Notes: generated from the letters alone by a model not told the origin. Shown: positions 1 to 9,563, counted from the first letter of the stretch. The stretch is 64,000 nucleotides of DNA from an uncultured Actinomycetes bacterium (GCA_963737515.1 CAVTSV010000002.1:41816-105815); one strand, 5' to 3'. Made by a program: numbers and translations.

Positions 1-539
1 TTCACGAGCTGCGAGCGCGCCTCGAGCGCATGGTCGAGGTCGACGCCGTGCTCCGCAAGCGCATCGGGAAGCGCGACGCCGTCGGCGTCACGGCGCTGCC
101 GCAGCTCGTCCTGATCCGCCATCGAACCGCCGGCCGCCGACGAGCCGAACAGCGAGCGCCCGAAGCGCGCGCCTTCCTCGTCCGCCCAGTTCACGACGCG
201 CACCGTGAGCGGCGGCTTCCCCTCCTCCGTCACGCGCCGCAGCACCTCGACCGCGGCGAGGACGTTGAGGCACCCGTCGAGCCAGCCACCGTTCGGAACG
301 GAGTCGATGTGCCCGCCGAGAAGGAGCGCCCGGTCGGAGTCGCCGGCGAGCGTGAACCACTGGTTCCCGGCCTCGTCGATCTCCTCCACGGCTCCGGTCG
401 AAGCGGCTCTCTCCCGCAACCACGCGCGCGCCCGCTCCCAGGTCTCCGTCCACGCGACGCGCTGCGCGCCGTCTTCGTCGCCGGTCAACTCCTGCAACTC
501 GCGCAGCTCGGAGACCGTGCGGGAGGGATCGAGACCCAT
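1..539 (-). CDS. M20-family Zn-dependent amidohydrolase (allantoate amidohydrolase / N-carbamoyl-L-amino-acid hydrolase type); N-terminal part only, C-terminus lies off the window
   Basis: My own minus-strand translation from ATG (complement of 537..539): MGLDPSRTVSELRELQELTGDEDGAQRVAWTETWERARAWL...LLLGGHIDSVPNGGWLDGCLNVLAAVEVLRRV...VNWADEEGARFGRSLFGSS. Absent from the ORF track because it is open at the window edge. Confidence 0.75.
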   Translation of the reverse strand, partial: MGLDPSRTVSELRELQELTGDEDGAQRVAWTETWERARAWLRERAASTGAVEEIDEAGNQWFTLAGDSDRALLLGGHIDSVPNGGWLDGCLNVLAAVEVLRRVTEEGKPPLTVRVVNWADEEGARFGRSLFGSSAAGGSMADQDELRQRRDADGVALPDALAEHGVDLDHALEARSQLV

Positions 540-578
540 GTTGCGACTCTACAAAGCTTCGGCGTACAGTCTCCCGAG

Positions 579-1016
579 GTGATCCGCGCCAGCTGGCAGA
601 CCCGCATCGAGTGCCCGGTCGAGGAGGTCTTCGACTACATCGCCGACCTCGCGAACGAGCCCGAGTGGAATCCTGACGCATCGAACGTCGCGCGCACGTC
701 GGACGGTCCGGTCGGCTTGGGCACCGTCTGGGAGGAGGACTTCCGCCGCGTCGGCCACTACGTGACGACGATCGACGCCTACGAGCGGCCTTCCGTCCTC
801 TCGTTCGACGCGCGGAATCCGCGTACCGACGCGCACGTGCGGTTCGACTTCGCGGCCGCGGGCGACGGGGCCACCGAGGTCTCCTGCGTCGTCGAGTTGA
901 CGATGAAGGGCGGGATGCGGTTCATGGAGCCGCTGATGGCTCCGATGATCCGCAAGCAGATCGAGCGGCAGCGGCCGGAGTCACTCCGGCGCGCGTTCGC
1001 TACTTCTGCCGCTTGA
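579..1016 (+). CDS. SRPBCC (polyketide cyclase/dehydrase-like) family protein
   Basis: C-terminal part of ORF 30..1016, starting at in-frame GTG 579: VIRASWQTRIECPVEEVFDYIADLANEPEWNPD...; the upstream part of that ORF is antisense to the M20 gene. Confidence 0.7.
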   Translation: MIRASWQTRIECPVEEVFDYIADLANEPEWNPDASNVARTSDGPVGLGTVWEEDFRRVGHYVTTIDAYERPSVLSFDARNPRTDAHVRFDFAAAGDGATEVSCVVELTMKGGMRFMEPLMAPMIRKQIERQRPESLRRAFATSAA

Positions 1017-1060
1017 GCAGGGCTTTTCTTACGAAGTCCAAATGCCGATGAGATACGGTC

Positions 1061-3238
1061 ATGTCGATCGTGGAGCTCTACGGAGCAGTCCGTTGGGGGC
1101 GTCTCGCACTGCTCTCTGCCGCCGCTCTCCTTGCGGCGTTCGTCCTCGTGGGCGCGTCGACTGCCGCCTCCGGACGCGCTAAGGGCCTCGACGTCTCCAA
1201 CTGGAACGGCGCGATCAAGTGGGGCAAGGTCGCGGGCGCCGGCTATCGCTTCGTCTTCGGCAAGGCGACCGAGGGGACGACGTTCGTCGACGGGACGTAC
1301 TCCACGAACCGGAGCGGCGCCGAGGCGGCGGGACTCGTCTTCGGCGGCTACCACTTCGCCCGCCCGGCCGGCACGAGCCTCGCAGCCGCGACCGCGAGCG
1401 CGATCGCGCAGGCAGAACACTTCCTTTCCGTCGCAGATCCCCAGCCGGGAGAGCTGCCGCCGGTGCTCGACCTCGAGAAGACGGGCAATCTCCCGGCCAA
1501 GCTGCTCCGCGCATGGACGGAGGCCTGGGTCGCGGAGATCTCCGCGCGCCTCGGAGTCCAGCCCTTCGTCTACTCATCCCCCGCCTTCTGGCAGGAGCAC
1601 CTCGGCAACTCACCAGCCGTCGCCGCCGCGGGCGCGCTCCTCTGGATCGCGCACTGGACGAGCGCGAGCGCACCGTGGGTTCCCGCCCAGAACTGGAACG
1701 GGCACGGCTGGACGTTCTGGCAGTGGACCGACTGCCAAGTCGTCCCCGGCCTCGCCCACTGCTCCGACGGCGACCGCATGAACGGGACGAGCCCCACCTC
1801 CGTCGCGATCGAACCGTACTCGACCGACGTTCCGTCGCTCTCCGCCCCGCCGAGCATCCTCGGCCCGCCAGAGGCGGGCAAGCTGCTCGCCGTCGTCCCG
1901 GGCGTCTGGAACGGTGGCAAGCCGCTCGCCTTCACGTACCAGTGGAAGCAGTGCGACGCAGCCGCCGACAACTGCGTCGACATTCCGGGCGCGACGGGCG
2001 AGACATACCGGCCGACGAGCAACGACGTCGGCCACTCGTTGCGCGTGCTCGTCACGGCGACCGCACCGTCCGGAGTCGCAAATGCCTACCCGCCGCCGAC
2101 CGTCGCGATCTCTCCCGCGGGGACCCCGCCGGGCCAGCGGCCGGTGAACGTCGGCCTGCCTGTGATCTCCGGCACGACGCAGATCGGCCACGTGCTCACG
2201 AGCTCGGCCGGAGCGTGGGAGGGTTCGCCTACCACGTTCGCGTTCCAGTGGCAGCGCTGCGATAGCGCTGGGGCCAACTGCGTCGCGCTCGCGAAGGCGA
2301 CGCACTCGAGCTACACCCTCACGCCCGACGATCTCGGCGCGACGCTGGCCGTCGTCGTCACGGCGTCGGGCGCCGGCGGCGCGGCCTCCGCACATGCCGT
2401 GAAGTCCGCCATCGTCGCGCTCGCCCCGCTCCCGCCGGTCTCGATCGGATCCCAGGTCGTCGCGCAGGGAATCGCAGGAAACGTGGAGACGGTCGACGGG
2501 CGCGCGACGGCAACCTGGCAGCCGGGCGCCGTGCCGGTCGGGCTCACCGTCAATCTCCTCAACCTCGACAACCCGCTGGGCGTGACCGGCAGCGGAGTCG
2601 CGCTGACCGTCCCCGGCCTGCCCGCGAGCGGTTTCAAGTGGCCCGTCGATCTCGACGTCACGACCCCACTGCCGTTGCACACCGTGCTCGGCTACTCGGC
2701 CGGCTCGAAGGTCTTCGACCCCGTGCGGGTCCTGAGCCAGCCGGAGTTGCCCACCGGCACGAAGGTCGGCTCGTACGTCGGGATCGACGCGACGACGCAT
2801 GTGCTCACGAAGATCCCGCTCGACTTCTCGCTCTTCGTGGCGGGAGCGTGGGGCGACCCGACGTACACGTCGCCCACGGGCCCGGATCTCACCGAGCAGG
2901 CGCCGCTCCGCGTCGTCGTGCACTCGTCCGACAAGACCGTGCTGATCCTCACGCGGCTCGTCGCGAAGTCGCAGACGCGGCTCACCGCGACGATCACGGC
3001 TCCCGGCGGGAAGACGCTCGCGATCCTCCCAAAGGGCAGCCAGCTCGGCAGCCCGCTCGCGCCCAGCCCGGCGGAACACTCCGTGCAGGCCGAACGCGAC
3101 CGGCCCGGCTCGATCCCCGTCCGCCTCCGCCTCAACGCCCGCCGCCTCGCGGCGGGGAGGTACACGCTGCGCGTGATCGCCGCCGATCCGTGGGGCCGGG
3201 TCAGCAGGCTGAAGCTGACCTTCGCGCTTCCGGCGTGA
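1061..3238 (+). CDS. Secreted GH25 muramidase (lysozyme) with two Cys-containing Ig-like repeats and a long C-terminal region
   Basis: N-terminal signal/TM segment, then GLDVSNWNGAIKWGKVAGAGYRFVFGKATEGTTFVDGTY...GGYHFARP (GH25 signature). Internal repeats FTYQWKQCDAAADNCVDIPGATGETYRPTSNDVGHSLRVLVTA and FAFQWQRCDSAGANCVALAKATHSSYTLTPDDLGATLAVVVTA. Confidence 0.85.
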   Translation: MSIVELYGAVRWGRLALLSAAALLAAFVLVGASTAASGRAKGLDVSNWNGAIKWGKVAGAGYRFVFGKATEGTTFVDGTYSTNRSGAEAAGLVFGGYHFARPAGTSLAAATASAIAQAEHFLSVADPQPGELPPVLDLEKTGNLPAKLLRAWTEAWVAEISARLGVQPFVYSSPAFWQEHLGNSPAVAAAGALLWIAHWTSASAPWVPAQNWNGHGWTFWQWTDCQVVPGLAHCSDGDRMNGTSPTSVAIEPYSTDVPSLSAPPSILGPPEAGKLLAVVPGVWNGGKPLAFTYQWKQCDAAADNCVDIPGATGETYRPTSNDVGHSLRVLVTATAPSGVANAYPPPTVAISPAGTPPGQRPVNVGLPVISGTTQIGHVLTSSAGAWEGSPTTFAFQWQRCDSAGANCVALAKATHSSYTLTPDDLGATLAVVVTASGAGGAASAHAVKSAIVALAPLPPVSIGSQVVAQGIAGNVETVDGRATATWQPGAVPVGLTVNLLNLDNPLGVTGSGVALTVPGLPASGFKWPVDLDVTTPLPLHTVLGYSAGSKVFDPVRVLSQPELPTGTKVGSYVGIDATTHVLTKIPLDFSLFVAGAWGDPTYTSPTGPDLTEQAPLRVVVHSSDKTVLILTRLVAKSQTRLTATITAPGGKTLAILPKGSQLGSPLAPSPAEHSVQAERDRPGSIPVRLRLNARRLAAGRYTLRVIAADPWGRVSRLKLTFALPA

Positions 3239-3945
3239 TCGCCGGGCTTCTTCATCCCGGCGAGATGGGCGCGGCGGTCGGCAACGCCCTCGCCGCCGCC
3301 GGGCACGAGGTGCTCTGGGCGTCGGAGGGACGGAGCGATGCGTCGCGCGCGCGAGCGGCAGGTTTCACGGATGCCGAGACGGCCGCCGCTGTCGCCGCCC
3401 GCGCGGAGGTCGTCTTCTCCGTCGTCCCGCCCCATGCGGCGCTCGAGACGCCACGCGACCTCGCCGGCTACGTGGGGATCTACGTCGACGCGAACGCGAT
3501 CGCGCCCGCGACCGCGCGCGAGGCCCGCTCGAGCTTCGCCCGCTTCGTCGACGGCGGGATCATCGGCGGGCCGCCGGCGCCGCGCCTCTACCTGTCGGGC
3601 GCGGAAGCCGCAACGGTCGCGGCGCTCTTCGACGGCTCCCCGATCGAGGCGAGCGTCGTCACCGACGCGTCGGCGCTGAAGTGCGCGTACGCCGGCTGGT
3701 CGAAGGGCTCAGGGGCGCTACTCCTCGCGATGCGCGCATACGCCGAGCGGACGGGAGTTTGGGACGCGCTCGCGGCCGAGTGGCCGGCACAGACCCACGA
3801 GCGCCTCGCCGGAGCCGAGCGGTCTGCCGCGGCGAAGGGCTGGCGCTGGATCGGCGAGATGGAGGAGATCGCCGCCGCGCTCGAGGCCGAAGGACTGCCG
3901 CCCGGCTTCCACCAGGCCGCTGCCGAGATCTACCGCGCGAGCTAG
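3235..3945 (+). CDS. NAD(P)-binding oxidoreductase (6PGDH-type NAD-binding N-terminus, DUF1932-like C-terminus)
   Basis: In-frame GTG 3235 overlaps the upstream TGA (GTGA). VIAGLLHPGEMGAAVGNALAAAGHEVLWASEGRS...KCAYAGWSKGSGALLLA. Confidence 0.7.
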   Translation: MIAGLLHPGEMGAAVGNALAAAGHEVLWASEGRSDASRARAAGFTDAETAAAVAARAEVVFSVVPPHAALETPRDLAGYVGIYVDANAIAPATAREARSSFARFVDGGIIGGPPAPRLYLSGAEAATVAALFDGSPIEASVVTDASALKCAYAGWSKGSGALLLAMRAYAERTGVWDALAAEWPAQTHERLAGAERSAAAKGWRWIGEMEEIAAALEAEGLPPGFHQAAAEIYRAS

Positions 3946-5438
3946 CGCGTTTGCGGGAAGCCGAGATCGACCCGCGACGTGGCCGGATCCGGCCAGCGCG
4001 ACGTGACGACCTTGCCGCGCGTGTAGAAGTCGATCCCCTCCGGCCCGTAGATGTGGCGGTCGCCGAAGAGCGACGCCTTCCAGCCACCGAAGGAGTAGTA
4101 CGCGACGGGCACGGGGACCGGGACGTTGATCCCCACCATCCCCGCCGTGACGTCGAACTGGAACTGCCGGGCGACTCCGCCGTCGCGGGTGAAGATCGCC
4201 GTGCCGTTCCCGTACGGGCTCTCGTTCACGAGCCGCACGGCCTCCTCGTACGTCGCGACGCGCGTGATCCCGAGCACCGGCCCGAAGATCTCGTCGTCGT
4301 ACGCGCGCATCCCGGGCTTGACGTTGTCGATCAGCGACGGGAGCAGGAAGAAGCCGTCCGCAGGCGCGCCTTCGCGCCCGTCGACGAGAACGTCTCCCTC
4401 GTCGAGGTACGACGCCACCTTGTCGCGGTGCTCGGCGGTGACAAGCGGCCCCATCTCCGACACTGGATCCATCCCGTCGCCGACCTTCACCTTCGGGATC
4501 CGCTCCTTGATCGCCTGGAGCAGCGGCTCCGCGACGTCGCCGACCGCGACGACCATCGAGACGGCCATGCAGCGCTCGCCCGCGGAGCCGTAGCCCGCGG
4601 ACACCGCGGCGTCCGCAGCCATGTCGATGTCGGCGTCGGGCAGGACGATCATGTGGTTCTTCGCGCCGCCGAGCGCCTGGCAGCGCTTGCCGCGCGCGGT
4701 CGCCGTCTCGTAGACGTAGCGCGCGATCGGTGTCGAGCCCACGAAGGAGACGGCCGCGACGTCGGGATGCTCGAGCACCGCGTCGACGGCGACCTTGTCC
4801 CCCATCACGACGTTGAAGACGCCGTCGGGAACGCCCGCCTCTTGCAGCAGCTCAGCCGTCCAGAGCGAGGCCGACGGATTCTTCTCCGACGGCTTGAGAA
4901 CGAACGTGTTGCCGCACGCGAGCGCGGGCGCCCACATCCACATGGGCACCATCGCCGGGAAGTTGAACGGCGTTATCCCGGCCACGACGCCGAGCGGCTG
5001 CCGGATCGAGTAGACGTCGATGCCGGTCGACGCCTGCTCGCTGTACTCGCTCTTGAGCAGAGTCGGCAGGCCGCAGCAATACTCGACCACTTCGAGCCCT
5101 CGCGTCACCTCGCCGAGCGCGTCGGAGAAGACCTTGCCGTGCTCGCGGACGAGGATCTCCGCGACCGCGTCGCGCCGCTCGTGGAGGAGCTCGCGGATGC
5201 GGAAGAAGAGCTCGGCCTTCCGCGCGAGCGAGGTCGCCCGCCAGGCCGGGAACGCCTCCTTCGCGGCCTGGACGGCAGCGTCAACCTCCTCCACCGAGGC
5301 GAAGTCGACAGCGCCGGTCTGACGGCCGGTGGCCGGGTTGTAGACCGGGCCGCTGCGCCCCGAAGAGCTCTCCTGCGGACGACCTCCGATCCAGTGCGGA
5401 ATGCGGGTGACCGCCGGGCTCTCGACCGTCTCCGTCAT
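3942..5438 (-). CDS. mmsA: Methylmalonate-semialdehyde dehydrogenase (CoA-acylating)
   Basis: 498 aa ORF with IPHWIGGR...ITPFNFPAMVPMWMWAPALACGNTFVLKPSEKNP..., typical MmsA/ALDH6 motifs. Confidence 0.9.
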   Translation of the reverse strand: MTETVESPAVTRIPHWIGGRPQESSSGRSGPVYNPATGRQTGAVDFASVEEVDAAVQAAKEAFPAWRATSLARKAELFFRIRELLHERRDAVAEILVREHGKVFSDALGEVTRGLEVVEYCCGLPTLLKSEYSEQASTGIDVYSIRQPLGVVAGITPFNFPAMVPMWMWAPALACGNTFVLKPSEKNPSASLWTAELLQEAGVPDGVFNVVMGDKVAVDAVLEHPDVAAVSFVGSTPIARYVYETATARGKRCQALGGAKNHMIVLPDADIDMAADAAVSAGYGSAGERCMAVSMVVAVGDVAEPLLQAIKERIPKVKVGDGMDPVSEMGPLVTAEHRDKVASYLDEGDVLVDGREGAPADGFFLLPSLIDNVKPGMRAYDDEIFGPVLGITRVATYEEAVRLVNESPYGNGTAIFTRDGGVARQFQFDVTAGMVGINVPVPVPVAYYSFGGWKASLFGDRHIYGPEGIDFYTRGKVVTSRWPDPATSRVDLGFPQTR

Positions 5439-5455
5439 TGGGCTAGCCTAGCTTC

Positions 5456-6811
5456 ATGGCGACGACCGACCGGGGCTCGCAGCTCGGCGAGCAGATCAAG
5501 GCCGACGCGAAGCAGTACGTCCTCCACTCGTGGTCGGTGCAGGACGCGCTCGACCCGATCCCGGTCGCCGGCGCCGAGGGCCGCTACTTCTGGGATTACG
5601 ACGGCAACCGCTATCTCGACTTCGCGTCCCAGCTCGTCAACGTCTCGATCGGCCACCAGCACCCGAAGCTCGTGGCGGCGATCAAGGAGCAGGCGGACAA
5701 GCTCTGCACGATCGGGCCGCCGATGGCGACCGAGCCCCGCTCGACGCTCGCGCGGCTCATCGCGGAGGTGACGCCCGGCGACATCTCGATGACGTTCTTC
5801 ACGAACGGCGGCGCCGAGGCGAACGAGAACGCCATCAAGCTCGCGCGCTGGTACACCGGCCGCGAGAAGATCGTCGCCCGCTACCGCAGCTACCACGGCG
5901 CGACGGCCGGCTCGATCACGCTGACCGGCGATCCGCGGCGCTGGCCGGCCGAGCCTGGGATTCCGGGCGTGGTGCGGATGTTCGATCCGTACACGTACCG
6001 CTGCCCGGCCGGGCATCCCGACCCGTGCCCCGTCTGCACCGGCGGGCCCCACCTCGAGGAGATCCTCCAGTACGAAGGCCCGCACACGGTCGCGGCCGTG
6101 ATCCTCGAGACCGTGACGGGAACGAACGGATTGATCGTCCCGCCCGACGGCTATCTCCAGTCGATCCGGGAGGTCTGCGACCGCCACGGGATCCTGCTCA
6201 TCGCCGACGAGGTCATGGCCGGCTTCGGCCGCACCGGAAAGTGGTTCGCCGTCGACCACTGGGACGTCGTCCCCGACATCATCACGATGGCGAAGGGCAT
6301 CAACTCGGGCTACATCCCGCTCGGCGCGATGGCGGTGCGCGAGCCGATCGCTGCCTGGGTGCGCGACAAGTACTTCGCCGGCGGGCTGACCTACAGCGGC
6401 CACCCGCTCGCGTGCGCGGTCGGCGTAGCCTCGATCGAGGCGTTCCGCGAGGAAGGAATCGTCGAGCACTCTGCCGAGATGGGGCCGCAGTTCGAGGCCG
6501 CGCTGCGGGGGCTGCAGGAGAAGCACCCGTCGATCGGCGAGGTGCGCGGGCTGGGCTGCTTCTGGGGTCTCGAGCTCGTCCGCAACCGCGAGACCCGCGA
6601 ACCGCTCGTCCCGTTCAACGCCGGCGGCGAGGCGGCGGCGCCGGTGGCGCGGCTCGCGAAGGCGGCGCTCGAGCGCGGCCTGTACCTCATGACGCACTTC
6701 AACGTGATCATGATCTGTCCGCCTCTCACGATCACGCCGGAGGAGCTGGCCGAGGGCATCGCCATACTCGACGACGTCCTTGCAATCGCAGACGACTACT
6801 ACAGCGACTGA
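5456..6811 (+). CDS. Class-III PLP aminotransferase (omega-amino acid / beta-alanine:pyruvate type)
   Basis: 451 aa with FTNGGAEANENAIKLAR...LLIADEVMAGFGRTGKWFAVDHW...ITMAKGINSGYIPLG. Divergent from mmsA. Confidence 0.9.
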   Translation: MATTDRGSQLGEQIKADAKQYVLHSWSVQDALDPIPVAGAEGRYFWDYDGNRYLDFASQLVNVSIGHQHPKLVAAIKEQADKLCTIGPPMATEPRSTLARLIAEVTPGDISMTFFTNGGAEANENAIKLARWYTGREKIVARYRSYHGATAGSITLTGDPRRWPAEPGIPGVVRMFDPYTYRCPAGHPDPCPVCTGGPHLEEILQYEGPHTVAAVILETVTGTNGLIVPPDGYLQSIREVCDRHGILLIADEVMAGFGRTGKWFAVDHWDVVPDIITMAKGINSGYIPLGAMAVREPIAAWVRDKYFAGGLTYSGHPLACAVGVASIEAFREEGIVEHSAEMGPQFEAALRGLQEKHPSIGEVRGLGCFWGLELVRNRETREPLVPFNAGGEAAAPVARLAKAALERGLYLMTHFNVIMICPPLTITPEELAEGIAILDDVLAIADDYYSD

Positions 6812-6932
6812 GACCTGCCCCCGCTGCGCCGCAGCGATGGAGTGGCGCCACGGCACCTACCAGTGCCCGCGCTGCCGGTTCAAGTGGGGCTGCTGCGAAG
6901 GCGAGACGGGTGACTGCCGAGACCCCGGTTAG
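6780..6932 (+). CDS. Candidate 50-aa zinc-ribbon mini-protein (two CPRC motifs); not in the ORF track
   Basis: Own translation from TTG 6780 (or ATG 6837): MQSQTTTATETCPRCAAAMEWRHGTYQCPRCRFKWGCCEGETGDCRDPG*. GC3 is high from codon 13 onward. Overlaps the aminotransferase 3' end and the next gene's start. Confidence 0.3.
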   Translation: MQSQTTTTATETCPRCAAAMEWRHGTYQCPRCRFKWGCCEGETGDCRDPG

Positions 6933-7314
6933 GGCCAGGCTGGAGCAGCTCGAGGAGGCGGGGCCTGACCCGCGCTCGAGCGAGCTCCTCGTGATTCTCT
7001 GCTGGCTCGTGCAAGACCGCATCGCGATCCCCGAGGGGGAGCTGAACGCTGCTCGCCGCCGCGCGATGTTCGTCCTTGCCGCAGGCGGCGACCCGCACCG
7101 CGAGCTCGACCTCGACTCCGTCGCGGCGGAGCGGCTCGCCGACGAGCTCGACACGCCCGAGCGGCGCGTAGCGCTCGGAGCCGCGCTCGACGACCTTCCG
7201 GCCGCAGATCTCCCGGCCGTCGCAGCTGGCGTCGAGGCTCTTCGCGCCGAGCCGGATCTTGCCTGGCGCTCGTTCGCGTTGGCACTCCTTGCGGACGAGA
7301 TCGCCGACGAGTAG
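6910..7314 (+). CDS. Hypothetical protein (134 aa)
   Basis: Tail of ORF 5530..7314 from in-frame GTG 6910: VTAETPVRARLEQLEEAGPDPRSSELLVILCWLVQDRIAIPEGELNAARRRAMFVLAAGGDP.... Coding-like composition; no family recognised. Confidence 0.5.
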   Translation: MTAETPVRARLEQLEEAGPDPRSSELLVILCWLVQDRIAIPEGELNAARRRAMFVLAAGGDPHRELDLDSVAAERLADELDTPERRVALGAALDDLPAADLPAVAAGVEALRAEPDLAWRSFALALLADEIADE

Positions 7315-7337
7315 CTCGCTACTCTGAGCCGCACTTC

Positions 7338-9290
7338 GTGGCGATCTCGAGACCGGACCCGCGCCGCCGGCGCAAGCTTCCCCGCACTGTCGGCGGTCGC
7401 CGCCTCCAGCCGTATTCGCGCGCCGACGCGCCGTATTTCCGGAGCCCCGGCTTCTACGTCCGGATCGGCGGGCTCGCGGTCGTCGTGGCCGCCGGCCTCA
7501 CGCTTCTCCTGCTCCGCGCGTGGTCGATCCAAGTGCTGCACGGAAAGCAGTACGCGCGGGAAGCGAGCCAGCAGGCGTTCCGCACCGTCGACCTGATCGG
7601 CGCGCGTGGCGCGATCGTCGACGACCGCGGCCGCCTCATCGCCGGCACGACCGGCCACGTCGTGATCGACGCCGACGCCGCCTCGCTCGGCAGCCGCGAC
7701 GCCCATGGCCGCTGGAGCCCGAGCGCCGCCGGCCTCAAGGAGATCGGCCGCCTCGCCGCCTTCGCGGACGCGAGCAAGCAGCAGCTCGTCGCGCGCATCG
7801 CGCACGACGTCCTCCAGTCGCCCTTCGCCCCGGCGATCGTCATCCCGCGCCCGCGCGCCGCGCTCACGAACTACCTGCAAGAGCGAGGCGATACGTTCCC
7901 GGGCTTCAAGGTCGCGGTGGAAGAACCGCGCAGCTACCCGCTCGGCGCGTTCGGCAGCTCGTTCCTCGGCCTGCTCGGCCAGATCAGCCCGCACGAGCTC
8001 ACATCGGGCGCCTACAAGACCGCCCAGCCCGGCCAGCTCGTCGGCCAGAGCGGCGTCGAGGCGGCGTACGACTCCATTCTCGACGCGGGCTTCCTGAAGG
8101 CGAGGATTCCCGTCGATTCGCTCGGACGGATCGTCGGAAACCTCGTCGTGCCGCCGCAGGCGAAGCCGCCGACGCTGCAGCTGTCGATCGACGCGAACCT
8201 CCAACGGGCGTCGGAGAACGCGATCCTCACCGGGATGGCCGACGCGCGCGCAGCGGGCTACAACCCGACGGGCGGCTCGGCCGTGGCGATCGATCCGTGG
8301 ACGGGTGCGATCAAGGCGATCGCGAGCTATCCGACCTTCAACGAGAAGCTCGCCGCCGAAAATCCGAGCTACCTCGCGCAGCTCTACCGGGACACGGCGA
8401 CCTCGCCGACGCTCAACCGCGCGATCGGCGGCGCGTATCCGACCGGCTCGACCTTCAAGCCGATCATCGCGGAGGCCGCGCTCAGCGCCGGGATCATCAC
8501 GCCGGACACGCCACAACTCTGCTCCGGCTCGTTCACGCTCGGCACCACCGTCTTCCACAACGTCGAGGCGGGCGTCTACGAGTCGATGACGCTGTCGACG
8601 GCGCTCGAGCAGTCGTGCGACACGTGGTTCTACCGGCTCGGCGACCGGATCTGGCAGGCGAACCCCAGCGCCGAGGGGAGCCTGATCCAGCACTGGGCGC
8701 GGCTGCTCGGCCTCGGCGTCCAGCCGCCGGTCGACCTGACCGGCGCGACCGCCGGCCTCCTCCCCACGCCAGGCCCGGGCTTCACGAAGCGCTTCGGATT
8801 CCCGTGGACGGAAGGCCAGACGATCAACCTCTCGATCGGGCAAGGCGCGCTGCAGGTCAGCCCGCTCCAGCTCGCCGTCGCCTACTCGGCGCTCGTCAAC
8901 GGCGGCACCGTCGTCAGGCCGCATGTCGCGCAGGCCGTGATCCGGAACGGCGTGCGGAAGCAGCTCGTGTTCAAGCCGGTGCGGAAGCTGAAGCTCTCGC
9001 CGTACACGTCGGCGATCGAGCAGGGCCTCTACGAGGCGGCGAACGATCCGTCAGGCACGTCGTTTGCGATCTTCAACGGCTTCCGTCCACTCGTCGCCGG
9101 CAAGACAGGAACGGCCCAGGCCGCGACGCCCGCGAATCCCGACGACGACTCGTGGTACGCGTCCTTCGCGCCGTACGGGCACCCGAAGCTCGTCGTCGTC
9201 GTCCAGATCGAGCACGGCGGCTTCGGCGCCAACGCAGCCGCGCCGGCCGCGAAGCAGATCTACCAGGCGTACTTCCACTCCAAGCACTAG
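7338..9290 (+). CDS. Penicillin-binding protein 2-type peptidoglycan D,D-transpeptidase
   Basis: 650 aa with an N-terminal TM segment and motifs STFKP, SIGQG and KTGTA. Confidence 0.9.
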   Translation: MAISRPDPRRRRKLPRTVGGRRLQPYSRADAPYFRSPGFYVRIGGLAVVVAAGLTLLLLRAWSIQVLHGKQYAREASQQAFRTVDLIGARGAIVDDRGRLIAGTTGHVVIDADAASLGSRDAHGRWSPSAAGLKEIGRLAAFADASKQQLVARIAHDVLQSPFAPAIVIPRPRAALTNYLQERGDTFPGFKVAVEEPRSYPLGAFGSSFLGLLGQISPHELTSGAYKTAQPGQLVGQSGVEAAYDSILDAGFLKARIPVDSLGRIVGNLVVPPQAKPPTLQLSIDANLQRASENAILTGMADARAAGYNPTGGSAVAIDPWTGAIKAIASYPTFNEKLAAENPSYLAQLYRDTATSPTLNRAIGGAYPTGSTFKPIIAEAALSAGIITPDTPQLCSGSFTLGTTVFHNVEAGVYESMTLSTALEQSCDTWFYRLGDRIWQANPSAEGSLIQHWARLLGLGVQPPVDLTGATAGLLPTPGPGFTKRFGFPWTEGQTINLSIGQGALQVSPLQLAVAYSALVNGGTVVRPHVAQAVIRNGVRKQLVFKPVRKLKLSPYTSAIEQGLYEAANDPSGTSFAIFNGFRPLVAGKTGTAQAATPANPDDDSWYASFAPYGHPKLVVVVQIEHGGFGANAAAPAAKQIYQAYFHSKH

Positions 9291-9496
9291 CCGCGCGCTT
9301 CGAGCACCGAGAGGTTTCGCCGGACCTCGGCGAACCACACGGCCAGGCCCGGCTCGCGCTCGAAGTCGATCCCGTGCAGGACGCAGCGTCCCTCGAGGAC
9401 GGCGCCGCCCGGCTCCCAGAAGACGCAGGCGTCCTCGGGGCACACGACGTGCCTGCCGTCCAGCTCCTCGACGCGGCAGATCCTCTCGTCGTCCAT
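9287..9496 (-). CDS. Hypothetical small Cys-containing protein (69 aa)
   Basis: MDDERICRVEELDGRHVVCPEDACVFWEPGGAVLEGRCVLHGIDFEREPGLAVWF.... Strong GC3 bias. Its stop shares a CTAG with the PBP2 stop. Confidence 0.5.
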   Translation of the reverse strand: MDDERICRVEELDGRHVVCPEDACVFWEPGGAVLEGRCVLHGIDFEREPGLAVWFAEVRRNLSVLEARG

Positions 9497-9563
9497 CTAG
9501 ACCGCGAGAGTCGCGGAGCTCGGCGGGCCGCGCATCCGGGGACTTACGGATCCGGCGTGCGAG

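Noticed and set aside
3942-3945. Convergent genes sharing a CTAG so that both stop codons overlap (also at 9287..9290); larger convergent overlaps at 34358..34430, 50713..50792 and 61990..62039
   Set aside because: Compact gene packing, together with the rarity of stop codons in high-GC tails, explains these. No separate feature is implied, though the exact C-termini of the GT87, NiCoT and 61803..62039 ORFs are therefore uncertain.
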